Shown in pieces: positions 1-12,604 of a stretch of DNA of 64,000 nt (its first letter is position 1; each line of letters starts with the position of its first letter). The notes under the pieces were generated by a model. That model saw only the letters and a program-made list of their open reading frames with translations, searched no databases and had not been told where the DNA came from. A program made the position numbers and the translations under genes. Source of the stretch: Piromyces finnis finn (lineage: Eukaryota; Fungi; Neocallimastigomycota). The DNA is taken from the NCBI GenBank assembly GCA_002104945.1, contig MCFH01000026.1:434001-498000 (forward strand). Direction: 5' to 3'.

Positions 1-3000
1 GAAAATGGTTTAATTATAGATAATTCAACAGAAGAAAATTTATTAGATTATCTTATTGGTCCTTACCGAAAATGTGAATTAATGTTGGCTCTTTTATGTA
101 TAAAAAAAAGGAACTTGATAGAATTTAGAGAAAAAATAGAAAAAGTAAGTTGTTAATGATAAGGATACTTTTGCATTAATTATATTTGAATAAATATTAA
201 TTTGACTTTTTTTTTTTTCAAATAAATACTATACAATGTATATAAATATTATATATATTATGTTTTTTTTTTATAATATTATTACCTTATTTGTTCAATT
301 CTATAAATTATTATGATTATTATTATGATATATATATTCCTATTCATGTATATTAACTATTGTTATTTTATATCTAATCTTACCATCATATAATTATAAT
401 AATACCTTTGATATTTTTTTCCCAATATGATATTATTTAAATATTCAAACTTTTCAAAATAAAAAAAAATTCCACCTTTTTTAATTTTCCTTATTCGGTA
501 AAAATTAAACTTATAATGTCATTAAAAAAAAATAGATACTACAATTAGCAAGACAAGATGCTGAAAATGATAAATTAAATAAGAATTTTATTGGTAGTGT
601 TGCCAGTGCAATTAGAAATTATATTACCACTCCAGGAGGACAATATAATTGTGAAATAGAAAAAGATGATAAATGTTTTGAAAGAGGGGTCAAAAATGTG
701 ATAGCATCATGTAAGAATAAGCTTTTTTTTTATTCATTTATTAAATAATAAAAATTTTATATAGTTTACCCTTTTTTTTTTTCTAATGATGAATAATATT
801 AGAAAGAATTTTACTAATTAATTTAAAAAAAAAAAATTGAATGAGAGATATTATTTAAATTGGTTAATTTTATTATTATTATTATTTATTTATTTAATAA
901 GATTGTTCTTTCAATGAACTAATTTTTTTTTTAATATTTTAATACATACTCTTTTTTTTTTTTTTTATTTTATGATTCCCCTTCTCTATTCCCTCATTTT
1001 ATCATTTAGTATCAGAATACCCAAAATGTCATCCTCCAACCCTCATGTATATAAGACATCAACCAAAAGAAGAATACTTACAAAAAAGTGGAATACAATG
1101 GAAACCTAATTGTGCAATAATATCAGATGATAAAAAAAGAATTGAACTATTAGAAAAAAAAATACCAGGAATAACTGGTATATATATATATTTATTTATT
1201 TATTTATTTATTTATTAAAAAAATATAAATATATATATTTACATAGATAGAAAGATAGATAGATTATTAAAATTTACATGTAATCTAATTATATAATTTA
1301 TATATAAATATGTTTAATTCATATAATCTATTTTATTTTCGGGTTTGCTTCAATTGGTAATTATATAGTCACCTCACCAACATCAATTAAACCACCAGTG
1401 AAAAAAGATGAAAAACCCTCCTTCCTCAGAAGAAAACAACCATCCTACTCATTCTTAAGAAATTCATCCAATAGACCAACCATGAGACAAAGTAAATAAA
1501 GAATTAAGCGAATTGTTTGAAGAATAAGAAAAAAAAAGAAACCTTTTTTTTTTAAAAAAATTTCACAAAAATTAATTTTTATTTTTATTATTGAAATAAA
1601 TTAATATAAAATAGATGATATAAATATATCCTCTGGAGGTGTATCTCTGTTAGCAAGAAAGAATAATGGACCAAGAAGAAATATGTTATTAGATTTAGAA
1701 GAAGTTAATCGTTTGAATCAAATACAAGAAGAAGAGAAACGGTTAGCACAAAAAAGAGAAGAAGAAGAAAAAGCAGCAGCTGAAAGAGAAAAAGAGAGAA
1801 AGAAAAAAGAAGAATTAGCCAGAAAGCAAAAAGAAAAAGAAGAAAGAGAAAGGGAACGTATGGAAAAACGTAAAAAGAAACAAAAAGAAGCAGAAGAAGA
1901 AAAGAAAAGAAAAGAAGCCCTTAAAGAAGCCAAAGAAAAGGAAGCACGAGAAAAAGAAAAAAAGAAACAGGAAGCCTTAGCTGCAGCACGTGAAGCTAAA
2001 GAAAAAGAAGCTCGTGAAAAAGAGATAAGAAAATTGAAAGAAAAAGAAGCTAAAGAGAAACAAAAACAAGAAAGAATATTACAACGTGAAAATTCAGTGA
2101 CTTCTCCAGTGAAAAGAAGAAGTAAGTATTTTATTTTTTTTTTTAGAAAAAAAAAAAAAAGAAATATTATATTTTTGATTCATTTTCAACTCTTTAACAA
2201 TGAAGCAATCCAATGTTTTATGTTTTATTAACAAAATATATAATATAAATTCAAAAATTTATTAATTTATTTATATTTATTTTTTTATGATTTTATTAAT
2301 CTATTTTTTTTTTTTCGTTTGTTTGTTTGTTTTCATTTATTTACTTATTTATCAATCAATTTTTTATCAATTATTCTATTTATCCTGTAAATTTATATTT
2401 TATTAAAATGAAAAAAGCACGTAAGAAAAGAAAAGTTGGCAATGAATCTTTGGATTCTTCCGTTAACAACTCAGAAGCAAATACACCAGTACTACAAGGA
2501 AATAATGTATTGCATGATCCATCCGAAATGAATCCAGATCAAAATAATATGTATGATCAAGGTCAACAACAAGGCATGAATCCTTCCTATGATGGTGGTA
2601 ATAATTATTATCATGATCAAGAAGGAGCAAATCATCAACATTCTATTCAAAATGATCAAGATCAGGGATATTATGATCCACAATACCATTCCCAACAACC
2701 TCCACCTCCACATTCCCAAAACATGGATATGGACGCCAATTCAAATTATTATGGTCAACCTCCTTCCGCCAACGGTATGCCTTCTAATGGTTATGATAAT
2801 AATGAACCACCTTCTTCTAATCATGATCAAGGTTATCCATCCTATACAGATGAATATGCTAATATACTAGGAGATACAAATCAATTAACGATGGAACAAC
2901 GCCAATTTATTGTAGATTTCTTGAGCGGTAAAAAAGGTAAATTTTTTCTCTTTAGTTTTTTTTTTTTTTTTTTCTCTTTTTCTCCTCTCCCAAATAAATA

Positions 3001-3296
3001 TATCTATATATATAATTTTTTTACTTTTTTTTTGTTATCCATAAACTTTATTAAAATATCTATCTATTTATTTATAATTGGCAAAAAAAAATACAACTTT
3101 TTTATATGTATATTTAATTTTAGTATCGGAAAATGAAACTTCAAAAATAATACCATTAAATGTAAAAACGTTTGAAGATCCAAGTGCCAATCTTTCTATT
3201 CGTGAAATTATTGAATTTGAAATGAATTTCCAAAATGGAACCTGGCGTAAATTAAAAAAGATAAAAAAGACATTGATAAATAACGCCAAAGAATAA
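1..3296 (+). CDS. NELFA: NELF-A (negative elongation factor A / WHSC2)-like protein, 5'-truncated by window edge; exons 1-144, 536-710, 1010-1177, 1369-1491, 1615-2121, 2418-2936, 3124-3296
   Basis: All six GT-AG junctions are phase-consistent; 1809 coding nt (602 aa + stop). N-terminal KCELMLALLCIKKRNLIEFREKIEKILQLARQD resembles human NELF-A KLKLLLGTLHLPRRTVDEMKGALMEIIQLASLD. C-terminal NQLTMEQRQFIVDFLSGKK...EIIEFEMNFQNGTWRKLKKIK resembles NKVTRPEKALILGFMAGSR...DTVFEMNYATGQWTRFKKYK. Human sequence recalled from memory. Confidence 0.78.
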
Positions 3297-5417
3297 AAAA
3301 GAAATAAGTAAAAAAAAAAAAAAAAAAAAGGGAGAAAAAAAATCTATATTTATTCCTTTTTATTTTTATCGATAGAAAAACAATAAATGATGGATTTATC
3401 TGTTTATAGGATAATCATTAACCTTGATCATAATAATCCACTCTCCCCAAATTAAAATTAAAATCAATTATTTATCCCAACCACTCCTCGACCTCTAACC
3501 TACCTACTTTATCCTGATGTTATAGGATATATATATATATACACACACACACCTACTCTACAACGACGACACCTATTTTGATACACATTCAAAAAAAGTT
3601 TTAAAAAAAAAGGGAAATAGGATCATCCACGTTTAATCCTATTCTTCTCATCTTCCTCATATTCTATTTAAAAAAACTTTTATTTCCTTAAATCTATCCT
3701 ACTAACTACCTACAACAATTCATAATATTAGTATATAATATATGTTTATGTTTATATGTTTTAATTTTATAATACAAAAAAAAGTTGAAAAAAAAAATTT
3801 TTTTTTTCTTGAATAAATAAAAAAATTTAAAATTTTAGTCTTCTTCCTATTTTTTTTTTTTATTTTTTAATTGTATGTGTAATGTAATGATGTAAGGATA
3901 AAAAAAAAAAAAAAAGGACAATTTTTAAAGTTTTAAATACCATATATTAGAAAAAAAAAAAAAGTTTTAAAATTTTTTTATTTATACACAGATGGTATAT
4001 AATGACCATGTAAAGTTGTTGTTATTGTTGTTGTTGTTTTTGTCCTAACACCTACTAGCAATAGAACAAAAAAAAAAAAAAAAAAAAAATACATTTTATT
4101 ATATTTTATTATATTTTATGGTCAAGTTATAAAAAAAACTTTTTTTTTTTTTTTTTTCTTCTTCTGGTTGGTAATTTTTAAAAATACACTTTACTTTTGA
4201 TAATTAATTTATCTAATAATAACAATAATAATAATGATAATGATAATAATAATCTTTAAATTATAAATCATAGTTTTTTATTTTATCATTTTTTTCAAGT
4301 ACATACATAAAATAAATTGTATCAAAAATGTACAAAAAAAAAAGTTTTTTTAATAATAAAAGTATATATAAATAGGTGGTTTAAAAAACATAATGTATAA
4401 CTACTAAAAGAATTAATTAATATCCTCTTTTTTCTTCTTTTATAAAAATAACTATAATAAACCTCCTTTTATTATTATTATTATTATTAATTAATAAATA
4501 AATAAATAAAATATGAATTTTTTAAAAACATTTTTTTTTTTTTTTTTTGATTTTCTTTACAATGTATTACAATAAAAAAAAAAAAGTTTACCTTTTATGT
4601 ATTTGAGGTGTAAATAAAAAATTCGTTTAAAAAATATATATATATATATATAAAACATTTTAATAAAAGATAATAATAAAAATAATAAGGAATAATAATT
4701 TTAGGTATCGTTATTAAAAAAAAAAAACTTTTAAAAAATTGACTATAAATGGTTATATTTAAAAATAAAAAAAAAATCATTTAATTTAAATATATGGATA
4801 AATAATATACTTTTATGAATACCTTTTTTTTCCATATTAACATTTTTTGATAAAAAAATAAATATTTTTTATTATTATTTAGTTAATCCTCTAACAATAT
4901 ATGATATTTTAATTATTTTTCTTTTTTTTTTTAAAAAAAAAAAAATAAATAAATGCATTTATTAATCATTATTATCATTATTTATTCTTATCCTTATCAT
5001 CATCTTTTTGATGAACTTTACCTTTTTCTTATTATTCCCATTATTTATCCTTATTAAAATTTTATATTAATTATGATGATTAGTAATTTTTTTTTACCAT
5101 CATTTCTAAAGCTTAAATATAAATTTAACTTTAATGCAGAATGCATTCAATTTAACATCAATTAATTTGTTAATAAATTAAATAAAAAAATTTTTTTTTT
5201 TAAATTAAACCTATCTTTTTTTTTCTATGGTTATTAGGTACATTTACAATACTTAAAAATGAATAAATATTTCTTTTGGTGCGAATTAAAAAAAAAAAAA
5301 AGAGTTTCATAATTTATTATAGTTGGTTTTATGTATTAAAAAAAAAAAAGATAAAGTAATGAATATTACTAAATTAAAATTATAATATTCAAATTATAAT
5401 AACAATATTAACAATAT

Positions 5418-5464
<47 letters not shown>

Positions 5465-8400
5465 TTCTATTTATTTAATGTTTAAATTAAAATAAATAAA
5501 AAAAAATAGGTTTTAATTATGAAAGTATAATCTATTAAATACTCTTTTGTTGTTGGTAAGATTTTCTATTAATTAAATTATAAAACTAATTAATAAAAAA
5601 AAAAGTTAATAAACTTTAAATAGTTATTTAACAATTAAACTTCAATAATAAAAATAATAATTCCTTTTAAAGAAATATTTATCAAAAAAAAAAAAAAAAA
5701 AGATAAGCATCACAAATAGAAATTTTGGAACCTGTAGCGATACTAACAACGATTATCCTTTTCTTTTGAAATTAAAAAGCAATGGCAACAACAACAGCTA
5801 TCCTTTTCTTTTGAAAATAAAAAAATATAAAAAGGTATTAATAAAAAACAATATATTACCATAATATATTACAATTGATTGTTTAACAATTAAAAAATGA
5901 ATCATTTATAAAAGAGTGTGACAATTAAAATCTATTTCATTTTTACATAATTTTATTATGATTTAATAAATATTTAATTTAATATGTATCCAATATAAAA
6001 CCTTATTTATTATTGTTTATTTTACAATGTTGTAAATTTAATGTATTGTACATAAAACAAACAGGACATCAAAAGGGTTTTAGAGCATTTCATTGGCTCA
6101 CCTTGTTTTTTAAAAATTTTAATTAATTTTACCAAATTTTTAATGTTTACTCAATATATTAAACTAATTAATTAAAATTTATGACATTAATTAAAAAAAA
6201 ATGAAATTAAAAAATAAATCTATGCCAATTCCACATTTTAAAATCTAACCCCTTTCTATTTATTTTTTAATAATAGAACATGTCTTTTTTTTTTTTTCAT
6301 ATATATATATAGAAAAAAAAAATGAAATAAGAAAAGAAGAAGGAAGAAGAAATAAAAAGTATCATATTATTCTTTTTTTCATTTATACATTAATTTATTT
6401 ATGATTTTCTTATCATGATTTTATCAATTAAATTAAATTTTATTTTTTTTTACATTCGTACATTTAAAAAAAATTAATGCAGCCCATAATACTATCAACT
6501 TTACACACGCACTTTCAAAAAAATTTTTATATATACGCAATAATAAAGTTTCAACATCAACTCTGTGCTTCATGGCAATGCCAATTTTTTTCAATGTAAT
6601 GCTTTAAAATTAAAATATCTTTAAAGTGTCTTTTTTTTGTTTTTTTAAAAAAAATAATTATATTATTATTAATTTTTTTAATTAATAAAAAAATTCTATT
6701 TCTGTATTTCTGTATACAAAAAATTACAAAATATTTACAAATACTGCTTACAATAATGCAATAGAATAAAAATTTTTTAAAAGTTCATTATTATAAATGG
6801 TGGAATAAGGTATTTAAAAAATAGAAAAACCTTTTTAATAAAAAATTAAGTAGTAGCCTCTTTTATTATTATTACCATTATTATTTTTTTTTATAAATAA
6901 AACTTGTTATCTTTTATACAACCTTCACAATTTTTCCCTTGAAAATAAAACAAATATAAATAAGGTTTGCGGACAATGAAGTCACATAAGCCATTCTATT
7001 GGTCAATATTATTGTAATTTCACATTTTACATTTTTTTATGAAGAATTAAATTTTAATTAATATATTATATATATTAATATATATTGAATATAAATATAA
7101 TCAATTTATTATATATACTAATTATATATTAATAATATATGTTTATAGTATAATGTAAAAAACAAACTCTAAGGTCTCTCTCTCTCTTTTTTTTTTTTCT
7201 CTTAGCTACAACAACAACAACAACAACAACAGCATTATGTTTTAATAGTATTTTTTTTATTCTATATAATTAATAAAGGTTTTGTAGTCTTTTTTTTTTT
7301 TATAAATTTTAGGTTAAAAAAAAAAAATACAATAAATAAAATTCTATTGGTCAAAAAATGAATAATTTATTTTTTTTTTTAATATATTTATAAATAATAA
7401 TAATAATACTAATACTATTTAATATTTTAATTTAAACTGTTTCTATATAGAAAAAAGTTTATTTTTTTTATAGAAAAGGTGAGTGTGTTTGTTGTAATGG
7501 AAAAAGTTATATTCTTTTTTATTATAAATAAAGTATTTGTTATTAGCAAGTCTTTTTATTTTTCTTTTAATTGAAAAAAATAAGTTTTTTTTTATATAGG
7601 ATAAAACAAATCATAGTAAAATTTATTAGGTTTAGTGTCAAAAACAATAACATTTGTAATAACATTTGTAATAATAATAATAATAAGGTAATTCATTAAA
7701 ACCAATAAAAATATTATAATATGTCATTTTATTTTATTTTATTTTATTTTATTATCTAATGTTTCAATATAAATTGATTTTATAAAACTTTTTTTTTTCT
7801 AAAGATAATACAATAAAAAAATAATGTATCTTTTTGTATCAAATATTTATTAAAAGTATTTAGAGAAATAAAAACATGACAAATAAACAAGGAAAATAAA
7901 TATATACGTATACTTGCTTTTCTTTTACTTGTTTGTTTGTCGCAACTCTTATAATTTATTCATTGCTTAACACATTTTTTCTCCCTTCCTTTCTAATACC
8001 CATGTTTATAACATTTATATAATAAAATTATACCTTCATGATCACTTTTAAAAACCCTTCTTTTTTTATCCTTTTCACAATAATACATTCTCTTTTAATG
8101 AAACTGTAATTTTATATAAATTAATATAAATATAATATATTGTTATCATATATTATAATGTAATAAATTAAAAATTCCACTTTTTGTAAAAAAAAAAAAA
8201 CTTCATTTGCAATAATAATAGAAATAAGAATGGATAAAAATAGAGTTCAATTAAAAGAAAAAAAAAGTCATATTATTGTATATAAATTATGAAAATAAAG
8301 TGCATCTATTTAGTATTTTATTCGTAGTTGTATTAATATAATTGATATTAATATTTAACAACATGAATACAAATATTAATATTGTTTTCTTATGGTACCT

Positions 8401-9978
8401 CTCAATACTCAATTTATTGTAATACATCATATAGAATTTAAATATTATAATACATGGTGTTAACGTTACTTTTATTAACAACACTCGGCTTCATTATTTA
8501 AAATGTGATTTTACACCTACCTACCCACCTTTTTTTAAAAGAAGTAGTTATGCCTGACCTTTTTTTGTTTTTTAAAAAAAATCTTTACCACAAAATTTAA
8601 CCTAAAGAAATTAAAGTTTTTCCTACAATTTAGCCTAAAATTTTTCAATTCAATTTTAACTGTTTCATATATAAAGTTCAATTTAATAATAAATGATGTA
8701 TCATAAAATCAATATATTCTAATATATTGTAATATATAAAAGTTTGAATTATTATTAAATATTTATATACAACATTATCAATTAAATTTAAATATAATCA
8801 ATTTATATTATTTAAATATATTAAATTTAGATTAATAAATGCTTAAATATATTATAAATAAACTTATGATATATTATTTTTATATTGAATTTACAAAAAT
8901 GTGTTTTTAGCAATTTTGAAAAATGAAATTTTGTTGAACTTGAATTTGACTTGGTTTACATATATTATTATAATATATTAATATATATTATTAATAAATA
9001 CTATAATAGATTTATATATATAAATATAATACAATAATTAAATTGTATTTGAATGGAAGAATTATTCTACACAGATAAAATTTATACCATAATATATAGC
9101 CAGAGCTACAATTTTTTTACCATAAAATTTTGGTAACTATTGTTAGTAAAATTTTGCCAGGCCAAATAAAGTTCTTACTAGAAAATCGACAGTAATGGTT
9201 TTATTATTTACTAAAGTAATGCCTTTTTTTTTTTAAATAGAATGGCTTTATTTTTTTGTTGTTATTACAAAATAGGTAGATTAATAAAGAGGTAAATGGA
9301 AATATCGCTTTTTTTTTTTTTATTATTTAGTTTTATTTTTTTTTTTTTAAGAAGATAATTTATGCATAAATTTTACCAGACATATTTTAAATGAATGGTA
9401 AAATGTTAGGTAAATTTTTTTTCCAATTATGGATAGTTAGTTTATAAAGAATAAACCTTTCACTCTTTATGATACAATAGACTATAGTATATAGCTATTT
9501 ATTCATCTAAATATTTATTCTTTTTCATTTTATTTCCATCTTAATTCCTTTTTTTTTCTTATTTTAACCAAGCCTTTTCCCTACTTTCCTCTTACTTTTG
9601 CCTGCTTTTTTACCAGATTTCTTGCCCAACTTCTTGCTTGTTTTTTGGGTGAATTTTTTTTTTGTATTTTGTTTCATTCTCCATTAAATACCAAATTCTT
9701 CCAGTCGATTGATTCCATATATTAAATATATATAAATTGAATTAACTATTTATATTTTAATATAATTTGTGAATTTTTTTTTTTTTTAATTTTCCCTCTA
9801 TATGGAATAATAGTAAGAAGAAAGTCTTTTCTATTACAAAAAGCAAACCATTACTTTTGCCTACACACCTTCGACGTGGTCCTTTTTCTTTTTTTTTTTT
9901 TTTCCCTTTGGAATAGTTTCTTATCAAACCTAGTGCCTTATGACTTTTTAATACATCAAACCACACATCAACTAAACT

Positions 9979-10272
9979 ATTTATTTAAATTATTATTGAT
10001 TCATTCATTGAATATTCTTGTTATTTATTTAAATTATTATTGATTCATTCATTGAATATTCTGGTTATTTATTTAAATTATTATTGATTCATTCATTGAA
10101 TATTCTGGTTATTTATTTAAATTATTATTGATTCATTCATTGAATATTCTTGTTATTTATTTAAATTATTATTGATTCATTCATTGAATATTCTGGTTAT
10201 TTATTTAAATTATTATTGATTCATTCATTGAATATTCTGGTTATTTATTTAAATTATTATTGATTCATTCAT
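9979..10272. repeat. 44-bp AT-rich minisatellite, ~6.7 copies
   Basis: Unit ttatttatttaaattattattgattcattcattgaatattct(t/g)g starts at 10021, 10065, 10109, 10153, 10197 and 10241, plus a near-complete copy from ~9979. Confidence 0.95.
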
Positions 10273-12604
10273 TTATTTAAAAGGTTTTCATTTTCAATAT
10301 ATTTTAATATATGTCAAAATATATGGTACGATATATTTCAATTGACATGAATTTAGTTCATAAAATTTCAATTACCACAATTAATATATGAAGTAGTAGA
10401 TTCGTATTAAATTGTAACATTAAATAAATATATATTATTGAGTATATTATAATCTATTAATTTAATATATTGAATTGTAATTCATTGGTTTGAAAATTAA
10501 AATTTTTATTTATTTCATCATCTTTTCACCTCAGTAGTCATAAAAAAAAATTGATGATTTAATACAAAGGATTTATTAAAAATGCAACCTTTCTATAAAT
10601 TTATAATTTTTAATATAAACACATATTAACAGTATACTCTCAATATATAATAGACATATATTAAATTATATTGAATGAAATGTTTTAATTTAAAAGTCAA
10701 AAAAATTTTATAAATAAAAAAGTTGGTTTTGCTTTAATTTTTTTTTTCTCCTTTGCGATTGAAAAGATCTTTTATTGTTAGGATTAGTAGTGTGTATTAT
10801 TAGGATTAGATAAAAACCATCATCTTTTATAAAAAGTCAATCTTTTAGAAATAGGAACATTTCAACTATCAAAAAAGAAAAAAAAAAAAAGAGAAAATTT
10901 AATAATTTCAATGTTTAAATATGAATAGTATCATTGGTTAAAGTAAGACTAGTTGATAGAATAAAAAAAAAGATATCCATTTAAGCGTAAGCTTTATAAA
11001 AATTACTTTTTTTTTTTTTTTAAAAAAAAAAGATTAAAAACAACAAAACAACCTCATTAATGGAAACAGTTTTTTATTAAAGTGTAAAAGAAAGAAAAAA
11101 AAAAAAAAACTCAATTATACGCTTTGCATTATACCAATTAATAATTATAATTTTAATTATTAATCTTTTTTTTTATTTTAACAAAAAGTATACTTTAATA
11201 ATTTACTTTTTTTTTTATTTATTATTGTGATATAATAGTGACTATAATCAAATCCTATTTTATACTTCATTATTATACACATTTAAAACATTGACATCCA
11301 TTTTTATTTCTTACTTAAACTATTTATAAACCATAATTTGCATAGAATAAATACACATATTTAGTAAATATTAATTTATTTTAAATTAAATAGAAATTAG
11401 AAAAAAAAAAGAAGCAGTTTGACATTTTATTTTGATTTTTAAATTAGTAAAATAAAAAATAGAAATAAATATATAATATAAAATCTTTATATTTAGATTT
11501 TTAAGGCAAAATTGGTAAATTTCTTGAAGCAACGCGAATAGAAATTTGGCCAATAAATCAAGTATTAATAATTTAAATATAAAAAGTTAAAAACATTATT
11601 CCATCCTAATCTATTAAATATACCATTATATAGTTTACTATCCGTTTACTTTATAAAAGTAAATTTTAAATTATTTTTATATTTTGCAAAGATATAAAAA
11701 TTTATATTGACCTATACTATAAAATTTTGAATATATTATTATAGTATAATATACCTATAAATTTTTTTATCTTTCTAAAAATATTGGAATTATCTGTTAA
11801 AATATATATATATAAAAAGAAAAATTATAATGAATAATACTCAAGTTAAGAAAAAATCTCATAAAAGGTAATTCTTTATGTTATATTCTTAATAAATTTT
11901 ATTTTAAATACCATTGTTTTTTTTAAGAAAAAAAAAAAAAAGAATATAAAATTCTATATTATAATACATATTTTTTTTTAAAAAAAAAAGAATGGTATTA
12001 AAAAAAGATAAATTCAATAATATAGAAAGTGGGATTGTTGTTATTGTTAAAGCATACTTTTTTTTATTAAGATATCGTTTATTGGTTTGTTTATTTGTTT
12101 GTCTATTTTTTTTTTAATTATAATTAGTATTTAAAAAAATATAAACCTTTTCATAACCAAAACCAAAAATGCAAATTAATAAAGTTGAAAAAACAATTAT
12201 GGTTTAAAAAAAGGTTTTATTTTTTAAGGTGTAAAATAATTATAATTAAAAAAAATTTAAATCTATCTATATAAAAAAAGCATGCTTTAAATAATGCAAA
12301 GTGCTGAATTGTATATTATTGGATTTTTATCAGTAGTGTATTAGATTTTTTAGAACAATAACAACAACAATAGAGATTTGATATTGGTTTAAAAAAGGTC
12401 GTTTTTAAAGTTTTTAAATTTCAAAAAAATTAAAATTTTATTATTATTTATTTTTTTTAATTTTTATTTTCATTCACCTTGACTAAAAAAAAAAAAAAAA
12501 AAAGAAAATTCGAAGGGGATGAAAATCAACAACATCATTACTCTAAATCCCAAAAATTGGTGAGGGAAAGAAATAGAAAGGCAAAATTAAGAAAAAATCC
12601 AGCA

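Noticed and set aside
9979-10272. CRISPR-like array
   Set aside because: Units are contiguous with no unique spacers; the context is eukaryotic; it is a simple minisatellite.
3300-12600. Hidden genes or TIR elements in the 9-kb AT-rich stretch
   Set aside because: Only homopolymers, short microsatellites, scattered CCAAT-like words and short ORFs. No phase-consistent exon chain or convincing terminal inverted repeats were found by eye; small exons could have been missed.
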